DNA of 64,000 nucleotides from Selaginella moellendorffii (GCF_000143415.4 NW_003314267.1:934055-998054); one strand, 5' to 3'; shown: positions 38,944 to 51,311, counted from the first letter of the stretch. Made by a program: numbers and translations. Notes: a model not told the origin generated them from the letters alone.

Positions 38944-40384
38944 ATGCTTCGACAAGGGATTTATTTTGGATCCCTCTTAGCTCCAAATCATCCTAGGCGC
39001 TGTTCTTCCCTGCCGCCGCTGCTTTGGCGCCAGAGAAGCTCGAGCATTGTGGCCATGGTAGCAACAACAGGTATGAGATTTTGCAAGGTTTCGATCGATG
39101 TGATGTGAAATTCTTTAGATTCTTCCAAGATCGTTCCCGTTCTTTCGATCTCCGAGGTTTGTGTGCCTTTTCGTGCTGGATCAATCTACATTTGGCTATT
39201 TCAGGTCACCGAGAGGCTCAAATCTCACTCGCACGATGCCCAGAAGACCTATCGAGCTATGTACTCGAGCCTCATCGATGGAATTACGACCGATCCCGCC
39301 GCCATGGTGATCCCGATGGACGATCATATGGTCCATCGCGGGCATGGCGTCTTTGACACCGCAACCATCGCTGATGGGTAAGAACTTCCTTCTTTGGCTT
39401 TGTTTTTCTTCCTTGTGTCTAGCAAATTGGCGCTCTCTTGCCCATTGTTCATTGTCTCTTTTCTTTTGTCCTGAGATCTAGCTTGTCAACTCTTGCTTGT
39501 CTTCGTTGGAACTTTCTTACTCGTAGAACTTGTTTTTTCTCCAACAGCTACTTGTATGAGCTTGACGCGCATTTGGACCGGTTCCACAAGTCCGCCGCTG
39601 CGGCGAAAATTCAACCACCGTTCGACCGTGCTACCATGCGAGAAATTCTTATCCAGACGGTGGCAAGCTCTGGCTGTAAGCTGGGATCACTTCGCTACTG
39701 GCTCTCAGCTGGACCTGGCGGATTCGGACTATCATCCTCCGAGTGCACCATGTCGACGCTCTATGCCGTGGTCCTGTCCTTGCCCGCTATCCCCGATCCC
39801 GACATGGGTGTCACAGTGATAACAGCGTCCACGCCAATGAAGCACCCCCAGTTTGCAACCATGAAAAACGTCAACTATCTCCCGAATGCACTGTCGAAGC
39901 TGGAAGCCGAGAGCCAGGGGGCGTTTGCAGCGATTTGGCTCGACGACGAGGGGTTTGTCGCAGAAGGTCCCAACGTGAACGTCGCGTTTATCTCCAAGTC
40001 GCGAGAGCTGCTCGTTCCGGAGTTTGACAAGATACTGTCGGGATGCACGGCAAGGAGAACGGTAGCTCTTGCGCCGAAGCTCGTGGAGAGCGGAGTTCTT
40101 TCGGCCGTGAAAGTAACGAAGATCTCGCCGGAGCAAGCCAAAGACTGTCCCGAGATGATGCTCATCGGCAGTTCGCTGCCTATTACTCCTGTTGTCAAAT
40201 GGGATGGGCAAGTCATTGGAAACGGTATGTGGAGTGTAAGAGTCGTCTTTCGTGTTCTTACTTACCAGTGCTTTCAGGTGAGGCTGGTCCCGCGACAATT
40301 GCTCTACGAAATCTTGTAGTCGATGACATTCTTAATGGACCGTCAGCCGTAAGAATCCCCGTACCATACACTGGTGAAGCTTAA
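38944..40384 (+). CDS. DAT1: Class-IV PLP aminotransferase (D-amino-acid transaminase / aminodeoxychorismate lyase), plastid-type
   Basis: AMYSS..GITTDPAAMVIPMDDHMVHRGHGVFDTA, PQFATMKNVNYLPNALS, EGPNVNVAF, ILSGCTARR. Transit peptide from ATG 38944; second in-frame ATG at 39055. Confidence 0.92.
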
Positions 40385-40511
40385 AAAGGTGAGAGCTATG
40401 ATTGCTACCAGACGGAACTGATTTATTCATAAGTTTGTACAATAATGTAACTTTTAAGTGTGCTTAGCTTGGCTTTGAGATAGGGTGTGGTTTGCAACAC
40501 CAAACTGCTTG

Positions 40512-41515
40512 ATGGTTCTCGCAGGTTCGTCCCGTTATGGAGTGGTATGCTGTCAAGAAAAGCTCGTATCATCAGGTACTCCTTTTTTTTCTAGTCGCAA
40601 ACTGACACTTGTGGCGTTCTGAAGATTCAATGGAAACTCGGGCAGAAAAGAAGAATCTCGAGTTTTCATTGCAGCAGCGACCATTGCAAGTAGTTCTAGT
40701 TTCTCCCCAGGTACTGGGCTCTCCCTTTTTAATTTCTATCAGCACTTTAACATCTTGTAGATTCCTGGAAACACTGGAACTACTGCTCGAACTTGTGCAG
40801 CTGTACTAGCGGGGCTACATCTTGTAAAGGTACACGCAAATTTTTCTCACAATGCAATCTTAGTGCTAGTCTTGCTTTTTTAATCTGCACAGCCCCTTGG
40901 ATTTTCTATAGAGGATTCCAAACTGAAGCGAGCTGGGCTTGATTATTGGAAGTAAGAAATTCCTTTCTTTCTCTGTCTTTCATTTCCCATGGTGGCAATT
41001 TTCAACAGGTATATAGTTGTCAAAGTTCACGAATCCTGGCCACATTTTCTGGACTATTTTAGACAACAGGTCTGTTTGTTTTCAGAAATCTCTACGAGTT
41101 TCATGTTTGCGTTATACAGGAAGGCGAGAAGCGTTTGATCGCTTACACAAAGACTGGGAAATGCTCCTACTTGGTAAGCACTATATAAGCTTTCCATTCG
41201 ATCCAAAACTCCTTTGATTGGCAGGACATGAGCTACAAACCGGGGGACTGGCTTGTGTTTGGATCCGAGACCGACGGATTAGCTCCCGAGATCCACGAAG
41301 AGTGCTCCACTGGAGTCCACGCCGGTGGCACTGTCCGCATCCCAATGAACGATGCATTCGTCCGGTGCCTCAACTTGAGCGTATCAGTCGGGATTGGAGT
41401 CTACGAAGCATTAAGGCAGCTCGATCGAGGTAGAGCACTAGGCGATATAGAAAGTGAGAGAGAGCTGCCAAGAATGCTGGAAGACGCCCACGCTAGCGTG
41501 GATGGCTTTCCTTGA
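40512..41515 (+). CDS. TrmL: SPOUT tRNA (cytidine/uridine-34 2'-O)-methyltransferase, TrmL-like, multi-exon
   Basis: Spliced motifs VVLVSPQ|IPGNTGTTARTCAA, PLGFSIEDSKLKRAGLDYW, LVFGSETDGL, RIPM...VRCLNLSVSVGIGVYEALRQ. Start codon is tentative. Confidence 0.88.
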
Positions 41516-44500
41516 GAAACCCAAGAAATCGAACAGTCAAAGTCAACGAAGAATATTCATAGTCCATCTAGTCAACCTATTCTTTGTTCTGACAATCTCT
41601 TCATTCAATATTTATTAGTTTTAGGACTGCTCGATGCTACCCATGGCTGTATGCATATGATTCACGCAGCGTAGCTTGCCAAAAGCATCACGTGGAACCA
41701 TCACGTGAATCCGAGTTAAGGATTGTGCCAAATCCTTGAGCGTGGAACCAAAGCGGTAAAAACTTACAAAGTAATTTCGAGTCAGCCAGATCCTTGTTGA
41801 GGTAGTAGACAAGAACTGTGAAAAGGGGACAAAAGGAAGAAAGAGCTTAAATATATCTAAGACTTGAGAGATTTCAACCTTCTGACCAGATAGCCAAGCC
41901 TCCACCCGCTCATGGCAAAAGCTTATAAAATCAAAACTTTTCTCCTCTGTTACATGTATCAATCACTCTATTCAATCTCACTGGCCACAAGATAAGGGAA
42001 AAGCTAGCATTAATTAAAATGATGCCGCCAAAATCGAATATATGTAGCTCGGTCAATGTTTTCTTGGGGGGCCTCTGGCCGTTGAGCTCAGGACTATATG
42101 TATGTATGTATGATCATGACATAGAGTTCCTGGGGACTAGCCACCTTCAAGATCACAAGTTTTATCGGTGTCAAACACGGCACATTGCGACCATGATCGA
42201 TTGGGTGAAGAACATTCAGTCCACCTCCTCTCTAGTGATGACTCGGATCGTTTCAAAGCCCCATTGCCAATATTGCTATAGGAGATTTCTTGTCTAAACT
42301 AGAATACCTTTGTGCTGACTCCTACAAAGGCCATCATCATAAATAACATCCCTCGCTTGGACAAAAACCATCTCCCTTTTGAAGATGATGCTAGTTTGAT
42401 GCCAAATAGCTCTCAAACAATTGAGCTTTGAGTGTTGCAATGATGTCAGAATACCATGGCTATTCATGGCTAACATAGTTGAGCACCTAGTCTCAACGAA
42501 GGAGGTTCACGGGGGTGCATTGTTAATATTGCTTGGTCAAGAACTTTTTCCAGCTGCCTACCTCTATCCACTTTCAATCTTGACGAGCTTTCTTGCTCTC
42601 TTCTAGCTTAGGAGAACCTTTGTGGCCCGCAGGCATCAGGCTACATATATAATTGAGAGCATGGCAGCCACTTTAAACGAGAGTGAGGAATATGTCCAGT
42701 TCCGTTCTTCCACTGACCATTAAACATTTGTTGTGTTGTCCATATTGTCAATGTCATGGATAGCCAATTGCTACAATATTCATTGTAGCCATTAACATCA
42801 ACACACTTTGGAGATTAAAAAAAACTTATTTCACGTATATAAGTATTCAAAGGTCTCATTGGTGTGCATCCCTTCTTCTTCTATTGTTCTGGTACCATGG
42901 CACAATCTAAAGGCACTAGTGAGTGATAGCTTTTGAACTTGCTGAATAAGCTCATAATTTCGTTTGTGCATCTAGATGTGGCTCTGTTGTGCTAAAAGGT
43001 CCATTTCATTCATGCATAAATTGTTTATACATGGTCTCTCAACGCCCCAGGAAACATGAGCTCGTTTGGATTGTTTTTATTCATACTTAGATATGTTTCT
43101 GTATTGCAGGAGGGTCTATTACAGAAGGGACTCAAAAGGATAAGAAAGACATCCAGAGTGTGCTGGACAAATGGCACGATGATCTTCTTGATGATACCAA
43201 CCGTAAACAGGTAATCTATTAGACTTTTCTATGATCACAATCGATGTCATTGTTATTCTACCAGAGAACTCTACTTGGTCCATTCAACACGAGAGATAGA
43301 AATAGCTCCTTCAACAAGGATGGATGGAGGCTTGACAGTCAAAGTAATGGTCCTTTTGTGAAGTTCCCTAAAGAAGATCCCAACACTAAGTACCAGAACT
43401 TTGCCATCCAGTGGCAAAAGTCAGTCTATTCATGTGTGGTTGCTCCGCTCGGCCAAAGCCCCCGACCTGCGCACGATCTTATCATAGAAGCATTCAATAA
43501 GAGCATGGCGGAGTTAAAAGTTGCTGTTATCAAGAGGAAGTCTGGAAACACTTGGGAGATAGTGATGGAAAAGTAATCTCCTGTTCATTACGTTTGTACT
43601 TAAAAGCATTATATTATATGTTTCATTTACAGCTCTCTGTTTTGCAAACTTTTCGACCCCATAGCCACCAAGAATCTCCCGCGCTCTTGGCTGCGACAAG
43701 GAGACTCCAACCATGATGGGCTTGATGGGAGACGGAGGATGACAAGCTTGCTCCAATGCTGGGCTTTTCAATCGAACCACAGCATGATCGATTTACAATA
43801 GCAATGGTGAAGAGAATGCCATATCGAGCCACTCCAATCACGTGGAACACGCTGCTGGCGACCTTATAACTCCTGGCAATGTCATGAAGGGACTCCCCGA
43901 GACTCTCTACTATCCAACACTCCCACTTATGATCAAGTGCTTGATCCACACCTGGATCTAAGGTTGAATAGCAAGGATGAGATGATAGAACATGGAGTTC
44001 ATATAAAAAAACTCATCAATCAAGTTGTGTTCTTGGTCTTGTTCTTGTTTGCACACACTCTCGCTCACTATTATAGTTTCAATCTTGAGTTAATATGTGG
44101 TCTTAGCTTTGAACTGCCACACGTCCTCTATTAAGTGGCACTTGAATCTCCATACACATTCTTCCCAATTGCTGAAAATTTTTGCGAAGAGTTGTTTGTG
44201 AGTCTTGACAATTCTTCATTTTGCATACTGCCTTGATCTAGCACCTCAAACATCTAACACATCCAATGCCTCAAGCATCTCACATATTGCAAGAGGGATT
44301 GCAATCAAGAAGCTCACTCATGAACAAGTCATCTCAGATCTAGAGCTTGAGGGAGAGAGCTCTCTCCTCGGAGAGAGCTCCTCACACCTTGGATAATCTG
44401 TTGACAGTAAGTTTGCTCCAACAAAGCTGTGAGATATTGAGTATATGACAAAATACTTGCCTTCTTTCCCAAAGGTTGTTGGCTGGACTGAGTTCTACTT

Positions 44501-45970
44501 TGGCCACTGGGGGATCAATGATAACAACGTCATCATCGTCAATGAAAGTTTCCTCGATTGCATTGGTGTCATCCTTCTTGTTCCCTGTAAAAATAATTCT
44601 CACAAGAACTCTACCATCATCAGGATGGTAGAAGAAACCTTGCTGCAAGACGTAGCTGTATCTATGAATCAAATTTGAGGAGTGAAGATTATAGTCTCAC
44701 CTATTGCATGTGTGTTGCATTCTACTCTGGCTCGTTCACTTCTCTACATAGCCCTTCTATGACCGACATTTGCAAGTTCAACTAGCTCTGCAGCTTTTCT
44801 CCACTTTCTGCTGTAGACCTGCACAAGCGAAAAGGAAGGCTACCCAAGACTGCATCCATGGTGCTATTGCTGTAGAGAGACCTCAACCCTTGCACGGAGG
44901 TTGAGGTGTTGGGTAAGGCATCTAGGGTGACTAACTTTCACCCTTTCATCCCCTAAAAAGATCCACCAAATATAGCTCCACACATCAGAGCAAGGCACTT
45001 GTCACCTCCCTCCTTGGGACCGAACCACCATCAAAATCTAAGAAAGTGGAGGAAATATCTCTATAGAAACTAAAGATGTGAATTTACATGCTCTTTGATG
45101 AACACCACTACCTGGCGCTAAATCCTCTCTAGAAAGGTGATCCTAAAAGATCTTCTATTTGAGATTGCTAGAAGAGGGGGAGGAAAAGAGGACTGGGAAG
45201 CTTCTGCTTAGGAGTTGTTGCATGATCCTAGTTTAGAATAACAATCTCCCATAGCGATGGTGATGGTCAATTTGACACGAGAGAGGAGGTGGATGGAATG
45301 TTCTTCACGGGGTCGCAATGTGGTGCTCGTGCTCCAGAGGATTTTGATAGCGTAGTCACACTGTGGTTGCTAATGCTCAAGAAGATTTCAATAGCATAAC
45401 CACAGTGTGGTGCTCATTCTTGGGTTCAATAGCGGCATCTAAGTCCTCTCTTCCTCCCCCTCTCTGTTCCAACACCAGCGCCAGCAGAGCTCCCGGGATT
45501 AAAGGTATCTGACAGTGGATTCTTGACAAGTTGTCTTGGAATGTGCAGAATAACTATCACTAGAGTGGAGGTGGATGGAATGTTCTTCACCAAGTTTCAA
45601 TGCGATTGGGTGCCGATATAACTTGCAAGGGAGTAATGTTCATTGTGATATGCAACAAAGATCAGATCAACTCACATCTCTAGTTCCAGAGACCTTTACT
45701 CCACTTTCTCACTCTTGACAATGATCTTTTCAAGGTAGAGGTAGACAACTACCCTGTTCTAACAGGTCCTCAGCTGTGGTGTAGATGGAGCTGGATGGCG
45801 CCCATGAGCATCTCCATTGTTTTGATGTGATTGTGGATCTTACTTGCTTCCTAAGTAAAAGAAGGTGGCGTCCTCCACAAATCTCTTAAACACACAAATC
45901 TCTTGAAAAAAGAAGCATGTTATCTGTATCGTCGTGATGATTCATGCCAAGCACATCGAGTGAGTGATCA

Positions 45971-46888
45971 TCAGCTCCTCCTAGTCTTCCACTCGTGGAG
46001 CCTTGAGAGGCAACCGAGAGCACAGCAAGATGCCACCCCCATGATCGCCAGTGCCGGCATTACTCTCGAGGGAAATCTGGGCAGCCAGTGGACGATGACG
46101 CTGATAGCGACTGACGGCACTGCGTACAACGAAGCCACGAGAATTCCCTCGGCACCAAACTGCCCATCTGGCTCACGATGAAATGCGTGACCACTCCGGG
46201 GATGGATCAATGGCACCTGGTACAAGATGCTGAAAATGCCCCCGGAGATCACGAAGATGTAGAGCGTGATGGCCGCTCCACACCAAATCTTGGGATCTTG
46301 GAGGAAGGGAGCTTTGAGCGCTGCCGGGGAGAGGCACGCAAGGATCACGGCGGTGCATGCGAGCGCGATCCGTTTCCCGGTGGAGAGAGGCGGCGAGAAT
46401 ATCTCCCCGATTTCTATGCCGGATTTCGAGCGGATCGTGAGCGCTAGCTGCTGCGCGGTGCTCGATCGCGGCAGGACCTCGATGCCGCCACCGCTGGGTG
46501 GGAGATAGAGAACGCAAGGAATGTGAAAACCTGTGACGTTGAATCTATGGAGCGCGACGGGAGGAGATTTCGAGGCTTGCATGGACGCGAAGAAGATCGA
46601 TGTCGAGCCGGCGTGATTCTTGAGAAAGGAGTAGGCCAGAGAGGAGAATTCGGACTGGAAGAACTCGTCCCTGCCGCTGGCCGCGCTGGAATCGAAGAAG
46701 AGAATGTAGAATCCCGGCCCTAGCCCCGATCTTTCGAGAATTAGCGACTCTAGGGAGGAATCCTGGAGCTCAATGACGCCATAGCTGGAGGCCGCTCTCA
46801 AGCTTGCGAGCTCCCTGACATGATCGTCTAGAAGAGCGCCCGCGGAGGCGATCGTAGCCATCAAAAAGACGAAAGAGGCGGCACACAT
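45971..46888 (-). CDS. OST3/6: Oligosaccharyltransferase subunit OST3/OST6 family, intronless
   Basis: Signal peptide, GVIEL..., YILFFD, thioredoxin-like luminal part, TM helices with ISGGIFSILYQVP and QFGAEG. Confidence 0.85.
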   Translation of the reverse strand: MCAASFVFLMATIASAGALLDDHVRELASLRAASSYGVIELQDSSLESLILERSGLGPGFYILFFDSSAASGRDEFFQSEFSSLAYSFLKNHAGSTSIFFASMQASKSPPVALHRFNVTGFHIPCVLYLPPSGGGIEVLPRSSTAQQLALTIRSKSGIEIGEIFSPPLSTGKRIALACTAVILACLSPAALKAPFLQDPKIWCGAAITLYIFVISGGIFSILYQVPLIHPRSGHAFHREPDGQFGAEGILVASLYAVPSVAISVIVHWLPRFPSRVMPALAIMGVASCCALGCLSRLHEWKTRRS

Positions 46889-46929
46889 TTTCTTGGTGAC
46901 CTAAAAAAGCGCCAAGAATTCTTTCGTGA

Positions 46930-46995
46930 CACGTGTAGTGTGTCTTGGTGTCACACGTGTACAGTATCGTGGCATAACACGTGGTGATGACGTGG
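46930..46995. promoter_or_regulatory. G-box/UPRE-like cluster in the divergent OST3/6-UTr7 promoter
   Basis: CACGTG at 46930, 46954 and 46978; TGACGTGG at 46988-46995. Confidence 0.55.
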
Positions 46996-47362
46996 ATGTC
47001 CACCGTGGCAGAATCTTCGTTGGAAACCTAGATTGGCGTCTCCATCACTCCAGTTTCCAGTCGGGGAGTCAGGCGGTAGGGTAGGCATTCAAGGCGCAGA
47101 GGATTATTCTATGGCGCACCAGTAGGAGCATCTGATCTGGGGCATTGCGATGGATCATCATAAATGTGAAGGAATGAGCACAATCTCGAGGTACGAGAGC
47201 GATTTCCTGGCGATTTAGCTTGATCTGGGTTAAGATTTCGCGAGTATTCTTGCTGGAAGCTCGTTTCTTCGCGAAAATTCTAGCTCTTGATCTCGCATTT
47301 TGATTGATTCCAAGCTCGGGTATACAGGGATTCATGACTTTGCGGCCCGGATTTTGCTCGCA

Positions 47363-48756
47363 ATGGGCAGCTTGGGAGGCTATGCCAAGGATCCAGAGAC
47401 TGGAAAGCTCGAGAAGGGGGACGAGCCGCCCAAGAGGAACGACACGTCGTTGATAAAGTTGGTTTCCTCGTGACTTTAAAGTAGTAGCTTTTACGTGTTT
47501 GCTCTCGGTGTTTTCAGCTTGATTGCAGCTGTTTCCTATGGATTCGCGTCCTTGGCCATGGTTTTCCTCAACAAAGCTGTGCTTATGGAGTATCCGTATT
47601 CTATGTCTCTTCTCACGCTCCAGGTACCTTCATATCCAGAGACAAAAAACATTGACAGTGGTTTTTTTAATTTGCTCTTCTGTTCTTCCAGCAAGTTGCG
47701 ACTGTCTTGCTGTTGCATCTAGGGGGCAGCTTTGGGATTTCACAAAGTCCACAGTTTTCTCTCAAAATTGCGAGAAAACTTCTTCCGCTGTCCTTTTTCT
47801 ACAATGCGAACGTTGCTTTCGCTTTGGCGAGCCTTCAGGGAGTGAACATTCCAATGTATATCGCTCTTAAAAGACTGACACCACTGGCGGTTCTCGTGAC
47901 CGACATTTTTACTGGCAAGGGAAAACCGGCTACACAAGTAAGATTTTTGCGCTAAATCTTTCACCGATTTGATTGATGACTAACTGTGTTTTCTTGTTCA
48001 GGTTGCTTTGTCAGTCATGACTACTGGTTTTGGAGTTCTTATCGCGGCTCTAGGAGATTTTTCATTCGATTTAGTAGGCTATGCATTGGCCTTGACATCG
48101 GTTTCCTTCCAGGTTTGCTCTTGGAGGTTTTAAAACTTATTGCCAAGAAAACTGATTTTGGTTTTCCTAGACTGCATATTTGGTGCTCGTGGAAAGGTCT
48201 GGAGGGGAGGACGGCATGTCCTCCACAGAGCTTATGTATTACAATGCTCTCCTCTCGCTTCCATTTCTGGCAGTTTTGATAATCTTCACTGGAGAAGCTG
48301 GCACTGCTCCGACGCTGCTTTTTTACAAGGTTCGACTTGTCTTGCAAACTAAAGAGTCTAATCCTGATCTCTTTTTTCTCAGATCCAATCGATTTACTTC
48401 TTTGTCATTGTTGCTCTCTCGCTGATTATGGGAATTGTCCTCAACTACACCATGTTTCTTTGCACAATCGTAAACTCTGCGTTGACAACCACGATTGTGG
48501 GAGTGCTTAAAGGAGTCGGATCCACGGTAAACACTCTGGTTTTCAATATTTCATAGCTCACGGCTTGACGCTTTGACAGCTTCTTGGTTTCATAGTCCTT
48601 GGTGGCGTAGAGGTTCACGCTCTAAATGTCGCTGGCTTAGTCATTAACACCGCGGGTGGAGTATGGTACTCCGTTGCGAAATTCAAGCGAAGGAAATCCA
48701 AATCTTCCAAATCTATGGAGGAGAAACCATTGATACAAATAGGATCAACCAAGTAA
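47363..48756 (+). CDS. UTr7: Nucleotide-sugar transporter (UDP-Gal/UDP-Glc transporter 7-like), multi-exon
   Basis: AAVSYGFASLAMVFLNKAV, FYNANVAFALASLQGVNIPMYIALKRLTPLAVL, VLNYTMFLCTIVNSALTTTIVGVLKGVGST. TAA 48754-48756. Confidence 0.9.
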
Positions 48757-48823
48757 ACGATTGATCACAAAAGACGATCGTTCTCTCAGAAAAAATACAA
48801 AGAATGGAGGTTCCTACCGGTTT

Positions 48824-50278
48824 TTATCGTGGATTTGGTCGAGCATGCTGGCCATAGTGCGTTCTTATGTGTCTTGTGAGATCCACCTTATATCCGAAAG
48901 AGCGCTCACAGCCAGAAAACCTGGAGAAAAACACGTTGGTTCTCGGGTTTTTGCAAACAAAATCGAGTTTTTCTTCTCTTACGTGCAGTGAAATGGCTTC
49001 TCTCCAGTGTGTGTTCTCTTGTGACCATTGAGTGAGTTGAGCCACTTGAAGCTCTTTCCGCAGCCTTCGAAGGGGCACACCAAGGGCCTGTCATCGCAGT
49101 GGGTCTTTTGGTGGACAACCTACAAGAGAGAAAACCATTTAATCCAGTCACTCCGAGCACTCGTACGACTTACCAGACGTTCGCGGAAAGCAAAGCGCTT
49201 GTTGCATCCTTCAAAGGTGCATTTGTGAGCTCTCTCGTGCTTTTTTATGTGTCGGCTCAGTAGCTGCTTGCTGCTAAACCGAAGGCTGCAGTTCTCAAAG
49301 CTGCAAAGGTATGGTCTCTGGCCACTGGAGATGTAAACAAACTAGATCATATACGAGAGAAGAAGAGTCAAGCGTGAACTTACTTGTGCTCGTTTAGATG
49401 ATCTCCAAGACTTCCCGGTGTTGCAAACCGCTTGTTGCATCCCACGTGAGGGCAGTCGTGCGTTTTATCGATCAGCAGGAGCATTTTCTTCGTCTCGACG
49501 AGCATCTACGAGAAAAGAAGAACTGGAAAACAGTCAGACCACACAAAAGAGAGGATGAAACGCGAGAAGGTTTTCTACCTTCTCGTAGTGTAGTACAGTG
49601 AGCTCGTGCCACGGGATTCCAAGTAGCTCGGCCGGAAGCTCAGCTGCCAAGGCTGATGATTCCGCTAAATTTTGGAATGCCATCGCCAGTTCTTGCAATT
49701 CGCTGCTCTTGAGCTGCTCAAACCTGGAATTCAAAGCAATCCTTCAGCGAAAGCATAGAAAAGAAGAAGAAAGAGTTGCTTACTTCATTCGCTTCCACTT
49801 TGAAAGGTTTGGTTTCCGAAGGCTAGATTTCTTGCTCGAGCACTCCGGCCCAATCCTCGCATCCACTGCTGCGTTTACAAGAGCTTCCAAGCTGCCACCA
49901 TATTGATCCGACACAACTTCCATTAGCCTCTGGTGAGCTGCATTGACTCACACAACTGAGAAAGAAATCCAAACGGAAAAAGAGAAAACGAAGAAAGAGT
50001 TCTTCCTAGTTTCTATCTCACGTACCGAAAGAATCCAGCCGAATGACCACTTGCTTGAGCTTCTTGCGTTTCTTCACCTTCTTCTCCACCACACTGATTG
50101 GCAACTCATCGCGCGAGATCGCCGAGAATGTGGCGGCAGCCGCAAGATTTAGCGCGGCGTCTTCCTGCGCGCTGTGGATCCTCTTCTTCATCGCAGCAGC
50201 GCTCTCTTGCTCCTCCTCGGCGTACCTCTTGCGAGAAGAAGAAGAAGAAGACGCGCCATTGCCGTCCTCTTCCTGCAT
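48824..50278 (-). CDS. Tandem C2H2 zinc-finger protein (5 C-terminal fingers, REF6/ELF6-like array, no JmjC)
   Basis: Spliced fingers CPHVGC..HLNEH, CSFENC..HIKKH, CTFEGC..HQKTH, CPFEGC..HKRTH, then a TGEKP linker and CTFSGC..HIRTH. Basic NLS-like KKVKKRKKLK in exon 1. Confidence 0.88.
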
Positions 50279-50325
50279 TGTGGCACTCTTAAGCCCTAGA
50301 TTGGATTAGATTAGGGCTCTTCAGG

Positions 50326-51080
50326 ATGGGCAGCTTGGCGAGGCGCGCAGGGATCGCGATCGCCCGGCGCAGCGCTTGCATTTCCGCTCGATCGTACAGC
50401 AGCATCGATCGCGACATTGAAGAATTCAACCAGGTAGAGCAAGATTTCCTCCTTGAATCAGTCGTGATCCTGTGGAGTTTCCACAGGAGCTGGAAGAAAT
50501 GTTTGGTGCTCCCCCTGCCGCTGCTGGCGCGCAAGGATTTCCAGCGAGAGATCCATCGTCCCAGAGCATCGCAGCTCCATCGATAGCTAGAGATCGATCT
50601 TCTTCTCTAACTCACTTCGATAGCTCTGGAAAGGCCTCGATGGTGGACGTCTCTCACAAGATGGACACCAAAAGGAACGCAGTAGCGTCCGGTAGAGTCC
50701 TCCTCGGGCCCGACGTCTTCCATCTCGTGGCCGCCAACAAGATCGCCAAGGGAGACGTCTTGACAGTGGCCAAGATAGCGGGCATCCAGGCCGCCAAGCA
50801 AACCGCGACGCTCATACCTCTGTGCCACACCATAGCTCTCAGCTCGGTGGACGTGATGATGGCGCTGGACGAGGAGGCTAGCTGTGTGGAAGTCACCGCG
50901 GAGGCTAGCTCGGTTGGCCCGACTGGTGTGGAGATGGAAGCTCTCACGGCTGTCTCGGTGGCTTGCTTGACGGTGTACGATATGTGCAAGGCTGCGTCCA
51001 AGGCTATACAGATATCCGGCATCGAGCTCGTGTCCAAGTCCGGTGGCAAGAGTGGCGACTGGCATCGAGAGAAGAATTGA
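50326..51080 (+). CDS. CNX3: Cyclic pyranopterin monophosphate synthase (MoaC), mitochondrial-type; intron 50433-50487
   Basis: LTHFD..GKASMVDVS, KGDVLTVAKIAGIQAAK, LIPLCH, TGVEMEALTAVSVACLTVYDMCKA, KSGGKSG. Arg-rich presequence. Confidence 0.96.
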
Positions 51081-51311
51081 AGAAGCACTGTAAGATCTCT
51101 CTTTCTTTTTTTTTTTTCGTTTTCCTCCTCTTGCTAATATGTCGAGCTTTCGATCCAGATGGATGATGTGCTATGGATTTTGTAGCAAGGTATCACAGTC
51201 TCTAAACTCGGGAGCATTCTTTTCCAGATAGTTCTCCGCTAAGTTTCTCTCCATTGATAGTGTGTGATCTCTTTATAAGCTAATATCGCAATCCAGGTGG
51301 ATAACGCTGCT

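Noticed and set aside
42400-42600. Prenyltransferase (GGPPS)-like scrap LEKVLDQAI on the minus strand
   Set aside because: Too short and degenerate; no DDxxD motif.
46600-46720. Missing CxxC motif in OST3/6
   Set aside because: Plant OST3/6 proteins generally lack it, so it is not unusual.
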